From positions 7,606 through 71,605 of the forward strand of contig JAFLUT010000002.1 of the NCBI GenBank assembly GCA_022508665.1: DNA of 64,000 nucleotides. Direction: 5' to 3'. The first letter of the stretch is position 1; each line of letters starts with the position of its first letter. This document shows positions 1-8,124 of this stretch, one piece after another. The position numbers were made by a program, and so were the translations under genes. The stretch is from Prevotellaceae bacterium (GTDB lineage Bacteria > Bacteroidota > Bacteroidia > Bacteroidales > Bacteroidaceae). Under the pieces are notes generated by a model, which was given only the letters and a program-made list of their open reading frames with translations, was not told the DNA's origin and did not search any database.

Positions 1-103
1 ATCTCTCGCAACCTACTTTTTTCTCTGCCCGATTGCCGTGTGTCGGATTTTTTATGTAAGTTTGTAGAAAATTCACATACACGTTTGCAAAACCTTCATA
101 CAG

Positions 104-979
104 ATGAAAGTAGGAATCATACAACATTCATGCACAGCAGATGTTGCTCATAATGTAAACATATTGATTGAAAGCATACGCACAGCCGCACAGCAAGGGG
201 CGGAACTGATTGTGTTGCAGGAACTGCATAACTCTTTATATTTCTGTCAAACAGAGAACACCGAACTGTTCGACCTTGCGGAAACAATCCCCGGACCTTC
301 CACTGAGACATTCGGCAAAATAGCAAGAGAGCTTGGAGTAGTAATCGTTACCTCTCTTTTTGAAAAACGTGCGGTAGGACTCTACCACAACACAGCGGTG
401 GTACTCGAGAAAGACGGCAGCATTGCGGGCATATACCGCAAGATGCACATCCCTGACGACCCTGCATACTACGAAAAATTCTACTTCACTCCCGGCGACC
501 TCGGTTTCCACCCGATAGACACAAGTGTAGGCAGGCTCGGAGTGCAGGTGTGCTGGGATCAGTGGTATCCAGAAGGAGCAAGGTTGATGGCTCTGCAAGG
601 CGCTGAACTGCTCATCTACCCCACCGCCATAGGCTTTGAGTCGAGCGACACCCCCGAAGAACAGGAGCGTCAGCGTGAAGCATGGACAACCGTACAGCGT
701 GGCCATGCCGTAGCAAATGGTCTACCCGTCATAGCCGTGAACCGTACAGGACACGAACCTGACCCGTCGGGGCAGACACGAGGCATACAATTCTGGGGCA
801 GCAGTTTCGTAGCGGGGCCGCAAGGCGAAATCCTCTACCGCGCACCTCAGGACGAAGAAGTCGTGAAAGTGATTGACATCGACATGCAGCGCAGCGAAAA
901 TGTGCGCCGCTGGTGGCCTTTCCTGCGCGACCGCCGCATAGATGAATTTACGGGACTGACCAAGAGGTTTATTGACTGA
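104..979 (+). CDS. aguB: N-carbamoylputrescine amidase-like carbon-nitrogen hydrolase
   Basis: 291-aa ORF. Shows the nitrilase-superfamily catalytic contexts LQELH (Glu), YRKMHIP (Lys) and VCWDQWYPE (Cys). Length and motif spacing fit N-carbamoylputrescine amidases. Confidence 0.8.
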   Translation: MKVGIIQHSCTADVAHNVNILIESIRTAAQQGAELIVLQELHNSLYFCQTENTELFDLAETIPGPSTETFGKIARELGVVIVTSLFEKRAVGLYHNTAVVLEKDGSIAGIYRKMHIPDDPAYYEKFYFTPGDLGFHPIDTSVGRLGVQVCWDQWYPEGARLMALQGAELLIYPTAIGFESSDTPEEQERQREAWTTVQRGHAVANGLPVIAVNRTGHEPDPSGQTRGIQFWGSSFVAGPQGEILYRAPQDEEVVKVIDIDMQRSENVRRWWPFLRDRRIDEFTGLTKRFID

Positions 980-1074
980 GCAGCGACATGGGCAAAAAAA
1001 ACGTTTCCATTGGCAGGTTGCATATCTCCAATGGAAACGTTTTTATATTATATATGTGTGCGTATGTAACGATA

Positions 1075-1329
1075 CTATTTCTTCATAATCTCTCTCAAAG
1101 CACAAGCCAACTGGTCGGGGCAACTTGTCGGTTTCAAGCCACAACGCACACCTTCGAGGCGGCTGATTACGTCCTCCGCTTTCATGCCACGAACCAGCTG
1201 AGAGATACCGCACGTGTTGCCAGCACAGCCACCTATAAACTGTACGCTATTGACTGTACCCGTGGATTCGTCAACATCTATTTCTATGGCCTTGGAGCAG
1301 GTGCCTTGCGTCTGATATACTGTTTTCAT
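1075..1329 (-). CDS. TSCPD-domain small protein (TIGR03905-like)
   Basis: 84-aa ORF with GGCAGN and the KPTSCPDQLA motif typical of stand-alone TSCPD-domain proteins. Confidence 0.7.
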   Translation of the reverse strand: MKTVYQTQGTCSKAIEIDVDESTGTVNSVQFIGGCAGNTCGISQLVRGMKAEDVISRLEGVRCGLKPTSCPDQLACALREIMKK

Positions 1330-1347
1330 AATGCTGAACAGACAACG

Positions 1348-2079
1348 TTACTTCATGTTGGTGTAGACATTCTGCACATCGTCAAACTCCTCGAGGCGCT
1401 CTACCATTTTTTCGATAGTCTCGCGCTGCTCGTCGGTCACTTCCTTGAGGTCGTTTGGAACATATGTGAACTCTGCACCAGTGATTTCAAAACCGTTCTC
1501 TTCAAGGTATTTCTGTATCTGTGCAAACGACTTGGGGTCGCCATAGATGGTGATGGTCGTCTCATCTTTCTCTTCGTCGTACTCCTCATCAAACTCGTCG
1601 TTCACACCGTATTCGATGGCTTCAAGAATGAACTCATCCATGTCGAGGCCTTCTTTCTTCTTGAATGTGAACTGGCTGTAGTGGTCGAAGAGGAACGAGA
1701 GCGAGCCTGTCGTACCCATATTGCCGTTGAACTTGTTAAAGACAGAACGAACATCGGCAACGGTGCGAGTGGTGTTGTCGGTAAGGGTATCGACAAACAC
1801 TGCCACTCCGTGCGGGCCGTAGCCTTCGTATGTAACGCTTTTCCAAGCAGATTTGTCCTTGCCAATGGCGTTTTTGATTGCACGGTCGATATTGTCTTTT
1901 GGCATATTCTCGTGACGGCAGGTTGCTATCACGGCACGGAGGTGTGCGTTGTTGTCAGGGTCTGGCCCGCCTTCTGCCACAGCAATGGCAATCTGTTTGC
2001 CAAGGCGTGTGAAAGTCTTTGCCATGTTGCCCCATCTTTTCATTTTTCTTGCTTTACGGAATTCAAATGCGCGTCCCAT
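1348..2079 (-). CDS. yebC: YebC/PmpR family DNA-binding transcriptional regulator
   Basis: 243-aa ORF. The N-terminus MGRAFEFRKARKMKRWGNMAKTFTRLGK and overall length are characteristic of the YebC family. Confidence 0.9.
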   Translation of the reverse strand: MGRAFEFRKARKMKRWGNMAKTFTRLGKQIAIAVAEGGPDPDNNAHLRAVIATCRHENMPKDNIDRAIKNAIGKDKSAWKSVTYEGYGPHGVAVFVDTLTDNTTRTVADVRSVFNKFNGNMGTTGSLSFLFDHYSQFTFKKKEGLDMDEFILEAIEYGVNDEFDEEYDEEKDETTITIYGDPKSFAQIQKYLEENGFEITGAEFTYVPNDLKEVTDEQRETIEKMVERLEEFDDVQNVYTNMK

Positions 2080-2143
2080 AGATTTACTATTTTACGATTT
2101 ACTATTTATTTTGCAATTTTTATTATTCAACAAATTCCCAACT

Positions 2144-4663
2144 TTATTTTCCACGAACCACAGCTCCTGTTGCCTTGCAGATGTTCTGCTCAATCTTGTT
2201 CATTATCGCCTCTATCGCTTTGTCATTCAGCGTCTTTTCCTCGCTTTGCAACGTGAAGTTAACCGCATACGACTTCTTGCCTGCCTCAAGGTGTTTGCCT
2301 TCATACACATCGAAGAGCCTTATCTCTTTGAGCAGTTTCTTCTCCGCCTGATAAGCGGCTGCCTCTATCTGTGCAAACTGTACCCCTTTGTCGACAAGCA
2401 AGGCGAGGTCGCGGCTGACGGCAGGGAACTTAGAAAGGTCGTAATAGGTAACTGTCACTTTCTTCACCAACTTCATCAGATTTGTCCAGTTGATGTCAGC
2501 ATAGAACACAGGCACTTCGATGTCGAACTTCTTGGCAACGGCCTTTGTAACGATGCCAAATTCAGCAATCTTCTTACCTCCACGCTGAGTTATTGTCGTG
2601 GCGATAGAGAACACATCGTTCTTCTCCTCGCCAAACACCAATGCTCCGAAAGGCACGCCAAGACGATTTAGAATGTTGAGTACATAGGCTTTCATTTCAT
2701 ACACCGTACTTTCCTCGTCGGCATGCGCCCAGTTACCGTTCACACGCTTGCCCGTCTGCCACAGTCCGAGGTGATAGTCCTCGCTATATGCCGCAAGGAT
2801 TTTCTTCGACGATTCAGCATTGGCTTTCAGCACATTGCCTTCCTCGTCAACCTTCTCTTGGTTCTTTTCGGGAGAGAAATAATAGCAGTTGCCATACTCA
2901 AAGAACTTCAAGTCGGGCATACGACGATTGATGTTGTGGCTGATGCTTTCCAAACCGCCGAAAAGCAACGTCTGACGCATCACGCCGAGGTCTTGGCTGA
3001 GAGGATTCATCAACTTTACAGCGTTTTCAGCCTTGAATGTCTCGCATCCCTCATAATAAGACACCTTCGTGAGCGAATTGTTGAGTATCTCATTAAATCC
3101 ACATCCCACCAACTGCTCTGCCACGATATTCTGCAACTTATTGCTCTTGTCGAGGTCGCCTTTCGTCGTGAGCGAAGAGCGCACCTGCAACGGTATTTCA
3201 ATGTTATTGTAGCCGTATATACGCAGAACCTCCTCCACTACATCACACGGCTTCTTCACATCCACACGGAACGCAGGAGCCTTCACCTGCATCGCCTCTT
3301 CACTCTGCGACAAGATTGCGAAACCGAGACTTTCCAATATGCTGTGCAGCGTCTCCTTCGGCAATTCCTTACCAATCAAATCCGCCACATATTTATATTC
3401 TACATCAATGATAGCATCCTGTGGCAACGTGTCATTCTTCACATCCACAATCTCCATGCTCACCTCACCGCCAGCAAGTTCCTTCGCCATAAGCGCCGCC
3501 TGCTTGATAGCGTAAATCTGCCCGTCAGGGTCAATGCCACGCTCAAAGCGGAAACTAGCGTCCGTCTGCAATCCATGACGACGAGCGCTCTTCCTTATCC
3601 ATGTAGGGTTGAAGTAAGCACTCTCGAACAGCACATTCTTAGTGCTTTCGTATGTGCCGCTACCCTTTCCGCCAAACACACCTGCTATACACATTGGCTC
3701 TTCCGCATTGCAGATAGCCAAATCCTTGTCGCTCAACTTATGCTCCTCGCCATCCAAAGTGACGAAAGGAGTGCCTTCGGGCATAGTCTTCACAACCACC
3801 TTATTTCCCTTCACCATGTCGGCATCGAAGCAGTGCAACGGCTGACCGTATGCCATCATAATATAGTTAGTTATGTCCACTATATTATTTATAGGACGCA
3901 AGCCAATCGTCGTCAACCTATCCTTCAGCCACTTCGGACTTTCTTTCACCTCGCAGTTCTTCACCGTCACCGCACAATAGCGAGGACAAGCCTCCTTTGC
4001 CTCCACCTCCACGTCAATCTTCAAGTCGTTGCTCTCCACCTTGAAATCATCCACCGACGGACGATGCAACTTTGTCTCATACCCATTCTGCTTCAGATAA
4101 GCATAGAAATCGCGAGCCACACCCCAATGCGAGCAAGCATCGCTATGATTAGGCGTGATGTCAACCTCAATCACATAGTCACTCTCAATGCCATAATATT
4201 CCGCAGCAGGAGTACCCACCACAGCATCTTCAGGCAACACGATAATTCCATCATGGCTTGTGCCAATGCCAATCTCATCCTCCGCACAAATCATGCCGTT
4301 TGACTCGATGCCACGCAGCTTGCTCTTCTTTATAGTGAAGCACTCATCACCATCATATAACTTGCACCCCAACTGCGCAACTATCACTTTCTGACCAGCC
4401 GCCACATTAGGCGCACCACATACAATCTGTTCCACCACACCATTGCCCTCATCCACCGTCGTAACGTGCATGTGGTCGCTATTCGGATGCGGTTCGCACG
4501 TCAGCACTTGGCCGACCACAAGTCCCTGCAATCCACCTTTTATCGACTGTACTTCTTCCACAGCCTCAACCTCCAGCCCAATGCTGGTCAAAGCCTTTCC
4601 CACCTCCTCTGCCGAGAGGTCGAAATCCACATATTCCTTAAGCCACTTGTATGAGATATTCAT
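2144..4663 (-). CDS. pheT: phenylalanine--tRNA ligase beta subunit
   Basis: 839-aa ORF. Starts MNISYKWLKEYVDFDL, with tRNA-binding, B3/4, B5 and FDX-ACB style regions in PheT order. Confidence 0.95.
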   Translation of the reverse strand: MNISYKWLKEYVDFDLSAEEVGKALTSIGLEVEAVEEVQSIKGGLQGLVVGQVLTCEPHPNSDHMHVTTVDEGNGVVEQIVCGAPNVAAGQKVIVAQLGCKLYDGDECFTIKKSKLRGIESNGMICAEDEIGIGTSHDGIIVLPEDAVVGTPAAEYYGIESDYVIEVDITPNHSDACSHWGVARDFYAYLKQNGYETKLHRPSVDDFKVESNDLKIDVEVEAKEACPRYCAVTVKNCEVKESPKWLKDRLTTIGLRPINNIVDITNYIMMAYGQPLHCFDADMVKGNKVVVKTMPEGTPFVTLDGEEHKLSDKDLAICNAEEPMCIAGVFGGKGSGTYESTKNVLFESAYFNPTWIRKSARRHGLQTDASFRFERGIDPDGQIYAIKQAALMAKELAGGEVSMEIVDVKNDTLPQDAIIDVEYKYVADLIGKELPKETLHSILESLGFAILSQSEEAMQVKAPAFRVDVKKPCDVVEEVLRIYGYNNIEIPLQVRSSLTTKGDLDKSNKLQNIVAEQLVGCGFNEILNNSLTKVSYYEGCETFKAENAVKLMNPLSQDLGVMRQTLLFGGLESISHNINRRMPDLKFFEYGNCYYFSPEKNQEKVDEEGNVLKANAESSKKILAAYSEDYHLGLWQTGKRVNGNWAHADEESTVYEMKAYVLNILNRLGVPFGALVFGEEKNDVFSIATTITQRGGKKIAEFGIVTKAVAKKFDIEVPVFYADINWTNLMKLVKKVTVTYYDLSKFPAVSRDLALLVDKGVQFAQIEAAAYQAEKKLLKEIRLFDVYEGKHLEAGKKSYAVNFTLQSEEKTLNDKAIEAIMNKIEQNICKATGAVVRGK

Positions 4664-4725
4664 ATATCTTTCCTTTTTACTTTAATACAACAACAAATGT
4701 TTCATGCACAGGCACAAAACGTCGG

Positions 4726-4733
4726 CAAAGATA
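4726..4733 (-). promoter_or_regulatory. Bacteroidota -7 box (TATCTTTG) with upstream TTTTGTAGTGT -33 element, for pheT
   Basis: The reverse strand reads TTTTGTAGTGTTGCGAATTATGCGTATCTTTG about 65 nt upstream of the pheT ATG. This matches the TTTG/TAnnTTTG consensus. Confidence 0.5.
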
Positions 4734-4849
4734 CGCATAATTCGCAACACTACAAAACGATGTGGTTGAAAATACGTTTTCACAGACAAATGTCAAACCA
4801 TTTGCGGTGAATAGGCGCTATTTTCTCCGCAAAACTTAAATATAAACGT

Positions 4850-5118
4850 ATAAAAGGCAGAACCGACATAGCCAGTTCTGCCTTTTATACGTCTTAACGG
4901 ACTGCTTATGTTTATTACTCCACAAGCACTTTTTTCATTGTTCCGTCGCTCATCTTCACTACATTTATTCCTCGTTATGGTGTTGCGATACGCTTGCAAT
5001 TTATGTCGTAACGCTCAGTTTCTGTGGGTTCTAATGGAGGGGTATGGAACAATTACAGTACTCTCTGTTTCTTTATGAACGAGGATTTTATGGGTTAAAC
5101 AATATGGTTTACTATTTC
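4850..5118 (-). ncRNA. candidate small RNA (unclassified), bracketed by a promoter and a terminator
   Basis: A reverse-strand TAAATTTG -7 box at 5125-5132 lies about 270 nt upstream of the 4852-4886 stem-loop, which is followed by T-runs. There is no convincing ORF. An internal 7-bp closing helix pairs CCTCGTT with AACGAGG. Confidence 0.25.
4852..4886. terminator. orphan bidirectional stem-loop (AAAAGGCAGAAC / GTTCTGCCTTTT)
   Basis: 12-bp perfect stem with an 11-nt loop and A/T runs on both sides. No CDS ends here on either strand. Confidence 0.5.
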
Positions 5119-5208
5119 CGTTTGCAAATTTAGAGAAAAATATCGATATTTTCACATCTGGGGAGTAAAAAAATTGCAAAATGCTTTGTCAATCAGAGGG
5201 GAAAGTCG

Positions 5209-5216
5209 TAACTTTG
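5209..5216 (+). promoter_or_regulatory. -7 box TAACTTTG for rplU-rpmA
   Basis: Exact TAnnTTTG match about 90 nt upstream of the rplU ATG. Confidence 0.55.
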
Positions 5217-5305
5217 CAGTCGATTTATGCTGGATAGGCTCAAAAAAGCGACCACAGAGAGGTGTGTCCGCCTGCCAGTGCAACCCTAAAACAATTAAAA
5301 ATAAA

Positions 5306-5623
5306 ATGTACGTAATTGCAGAAATTCAGGGTCAGCAGTTCAAGGTTGAAGAGGGCAAAAAACTCTATGTGCACCACATCCCAAACGTGGAGGCTAACGC
5401 AACTGTTGAGATTGAAAAGGTGCTGTTGGTTGACAACGACGGCAGTGTGAAGGTTGGTACTCCTGTTGTGGAGGGCGCCAAGGTTGTTCTCGAAGTAATT
5501 GAGCCACTCGTGAAAGGCGACAAGGTTCTCGTGTTCCACAAGCGTCGTCGCAAGGGCTACCGCAAACTGAGAGGTCATCGTGAGCAGTTCACTCAAGTGC
5601 TGATTAAGCAGGTTGTGGCATAA
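5306..5623 (+). CDS. rplU: 50S ribosomal protein L21
   Basis: [22 protein letters not shown] is the canonical L21 N-terminus. I use the internal ATG at 5306, because the longer ORF from 5174 would run across the promoter. Confidence 0.95.
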   Translation: MYVIAEIQGQQFKVEEGKKLYVHHIPNVEANATVEIEKVLLVDNDGSVKVGTPVVEGAKVVLEVIEPLVKGDKVLVFHKRRRKGYRKLRGHREQFTQVLIKQVVA

Positions 5624-5674
5624 CACACACATTCAATCAAATTCTTTCACTAATTATTAAGACAGTTATTCAAC

Positions 5675-5941
5675 ATGGCACATAAAAAAGGTGTCGGCAG
5701 TTCAAAGAACGGCCGTGAGTCACACTCAAAACGACTCGGTGTAAAGCACTTCGGTGGTGAAGCAGTTAAGGCTGGCAACATCATTGTTCGTCAGCGTGGT
5801 ACAAAACATTATCCGGGCAAGAACGTGGGTATCGGCAAGGATGACACTCTCTACGCTCTCGCTGACGGTATTGTTACTTTCAAGCGCGGACGCAAAGACC
5901 GCAGCACAGTTTCAGTGTTGCCTGTCGTAGCCGAAGCATAA
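5675..5941 (+). CDS. rpmA: 50S ribosomal protein L27
   Basis: [24 protein letters not shown] is the canonical L27 N-terminus. Confidence 0.95.
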   Translation: MAHKKGVGSSKNGRESHSKRLGVKHFGGEAVKAGNIIVRQRGTKHYPGKNVGIGKDDTLYALADGIVTFKRGRKDRSTVSVLPVVAEA

Positions 5942-6019
5942 GGGCTTATATAAAGAAAAAAGGAATAACGGACAAGGGCTTTCAAGGCTATTGTCCGTTT
6001 TTAAATCACTGATTTTTCC

Positions 6020-6664
6020 ATGAATAAGAAAGAACGCTATGCACGCTTCATCGCATACTTTGAGAAGGCTATGCCTGAGGCAGAAACGGAACTGCACTAC
6101 GCTACTCCGTTCCAGTTGCTTTGTGCCGTCATCCTTTCCGCACAATGCACAGACAAGCGAGTGAACCTCATCACTCCTGCCCTGTTCGCCGCATTCCCGA
6201 CATCGGAAGAAATGGCTAAGGCAACGAAAGAAGACGTGTTGGAGTATGTGCGTTCTGTAAGTTACCCCAACAGCAAGGCGGAACATCTTGTGCAGATGTC
6301 GCGGATGCTGGTGGAGAAGCACGGCGGAGAAGTGCCGAGCGATTTCGATGCACTTGTCGCACTTCCCGGAGTGGGCAGAAAGACGGCAAACGTGATGCTA
6401 AGCGTGGCGTTCAACCAAACGGCAATGGCGGTGGACACTCATGTGTTCCGCCTCAGCCACCGCATCGGACTTGTGACAGACAAATGCACAACACCTTTTG
6501 CGGTGGAGAAAGAATTGGTTAAGAATATACCTGCCGACATCATTCCACGAGCGCATCACTGGCTCATCCTTCATGGCAGGTATGTGTGCAAAAGCCAGCG
6601 CCCCAACTGTACGGGATGCGGATTGACAGACTTTTGCAAGTATTACAGCAACAAGAAAACGTAA
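6020..6664 (+). CDS. nth: endonuclease III
   Basis: HhH-GPD motif LPGVGRKTANV and a C-terminal 4Fe-4S ligand pattern CKSQRPNCTGCGLTDFC. Confidence 0.92.
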   Translation: MNKKERYARFIAYFEKAMPEAETELHYATPFQLLCAVILSAQCTDKRVNLITPALFAAFPTSEEMAKATKEDVLEYVRSVSYPNSKAEHLVQMSRMLVEKHGGEVPSDFDALVALPGVGRKTANVMLSVAFNQTAMAVDTHVFRLSHRIGLVTDKCTTPFAVEKELVKNIPADIIPRAHHWLILHGRYVCKSQRPNCTGCGLTDFCKYYSNKKT

Positions 6665-7338
6665 AGCATCAAAGGCACATAATACAGCACCCCTTTGAGA
6701 ATGGCAAGCACCATTCCGTCATCGCCTACGAGTGGAAGGATGCCAGTAAATTCCACGCAACAAACAAGTTGGCTGGCAAGAAACAGCAGCACAAAGCAAC
6801 CACCCAACGTTGAGAAAATCGCCACATGGGCTTGCACATAATCACGGAGAGCGACAAAACGTCCCGACATATAGCCATAGACATTTCCCACCAATGCAGC
6901 AAGACAAGCAAGCAGTCCATAGGCACCCTTTGACAAAGCAGAATGACTGAATGTGCCGAATGCACTGAGCAGCACATTTGGCATAAAGAGAAGCAGGAGA
7001 AAGAGAACGACGACAACAAGCAGTGCAATGCCTGTTATCTGCAAAGCACGCTTCTGTTTCATAGTCAGATGTCCGCCAAAAGCGCCGAAGATGCCCGACT
7101 CACGCAATATGCTTATAGCCATAAAACCTAACAGTATCTGCGCCAATGGCACGGAAGCGAAGTTAGCCACAATGTTAATGCACATCCAGCGTATGCCACG
7201 AGGCGTGAGCAGTCCTTCCACTCCGTCAACATATATGCTCAGCACCAACGAGGCGAACAACAAGCACACAAGAATGGCTACGACAGCAATGAAATAGCCA
7301 TGCAGCACTTTCTTTATCAGACATTTACATCTATTCAT
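6643..7338 (-). CDS. polytopic membrane protein with an AbgT-N-terminal-like segment
   Basis: 231-aa ORF with about 6 hydrophobic helices. The segment LTPRGIRWMCINIVANFASVPLAQILLGFMAISILRESGIF resembles the conserved N-terminal part of AbgT-family transporters, but the protein is less than half their length. Confidence 0.55.
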   Translation of the reverse strand: MNRCKCLIKKVLHGYFIAVVAILVCLLFASLVLSIYVDGVEGLLTPRGIRWMCINIVANFASVPLAQILLGFMAISILRESGIFGAFGGHLTMKQKRALQITGIALLVVVVLFLLLLFMPNVLLSAFGTFSHSALSKGAYGLLACLAALVGNVYGYMSGRFVALRDYVQAHVAIFSTLGGCFVLLFLASQLVCCVEFTGILPLVGDDGMVLAILKGVLYYVPLMLYVFLLL

Positions 7339-7377
7339 CTTAACACTTTACCTTACTCATACAACAACCGCTTACCC

Positions 7378-8103
7378 CTATTCCTCATCGGGTTCGAGGT
7401 TATCAATATCGAGAATACGCAGTTCTATCGCTTTCGTCACTAAGCGAGTAGCGTTGACGCTTCCATGCTCTTCGCCAAACAGGCGGTTAGTGAGGTCGTT
7501 CTGACGCTTCTCTATTGACTTCACGCTGAAAGGCATTCCCTTCAAGCCAGCAATCATATCCTTTGTATATCCCAATGCCAGATGACGGAGGAAACGCTCG
7601 TCGTATTCGTCAATATCGTAGTCGAGGAAAGCCTCCTGACGCATTGTCTCATTCAGCACAGAGCGACGGAAACGCAGCAATATCTTCTCGAGTATAGGCT
7701 GATTGAACACCATTCGTTTGCCGTCAAGCACACTCTGCACATCACCCTTGGTCAGCAGTTCGCCACTCTTCAATATGATGCCGTCAGTGCCAGCATCGAG
7801 AGCATCCACCCACAGTTTCTCATTCAGCACCTCTCCCGTGAAAATCAGCACATGCACATCAGGATAGCGGCGGCGCAACTGCTTGCACACATCCACTCCC
7901 ACCGTGGTAGAGCCTCCCAACCCGAGGTCAAGCAACACAAGATCGGGCTGGTTGTCACGCATCAGTTTCCACAGTTCGACCTCGTTCATTGCCGTGCCAA
8001 TAACCTCTGCCTCGGGTATCTCCGAGCGGAAAATCTCCTTCGTTCCCTTCATTTCGAGGGCAACGTCTTCTACTATTATTACCTTAAAAGGATTCATATT
8101 CAA
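7378..8103 (-). CDS. response regulator, receiver plus LuxR/FixJ-like C-terminal region
   Basis: Receiver contexts VIIVEDV, DLVLLDLGL and GIILKSG. The C-terminal helix-rich region RFLRHLALGYTKDMIAGL...SIEKRQNDLTNRL follows. It lies 22 nt downstream of the kinase gene. Confidence 0.85.
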   Translation of the reverse strand: MNMNPFKVIIVEDVALEMKGTKEIFRSEIPEAEVIGTAMNEVELWKLMRDNQPDLVLLDLGLGGSTTVGVDVCKQLRRRYPDVHVLIFTGEVLNEKLWVDALDAGTDGIILKSGELLTKGDVQSVLDGKRMVFNQPILEKILLRFRRSVLNETMRQEAFLDYDIDEYDERFLRHLALGYTKDMIAGLKGMPFSVKSIEKRQNDLTNRLFGEEHGSVNATRLVTKAIELRILDIDNLEPDEE

Positions 8104-8124
8104 GTATTCTTATATAGAGTTTAT

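Noticed and set aside
988-2256. Long antisense ORFs opposite well-supported genes. Examples: 988-2256, 2723-4303, 9808-11289, 16906-17760, 20812-21495, 31756-32709, 32791-33558, 34043-34969, 44305-45333, 47407-48189, 55822-56592, 59617-60369, 60610-61530.
   Set aside because: Each lies entirely within, and opposite to, a gene with clear family motifs (yebC, pheT, the kinase, lepA, oadA, wza, glf, wzi, the ATPase, tilS, secA). Their translations are low-complexity (rich in R, H, L, C) with no recognisable motifs. These are shadow ORFs.
4793-4999. 68-aa ORF on the minus strand in the pheT-rplU gap.
   Set aside because: It reads straight through a 12-bp terminator-like hairpin and has a low-complexity composition with no start context. 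The interval is better treated as a possible non-coding RNA.
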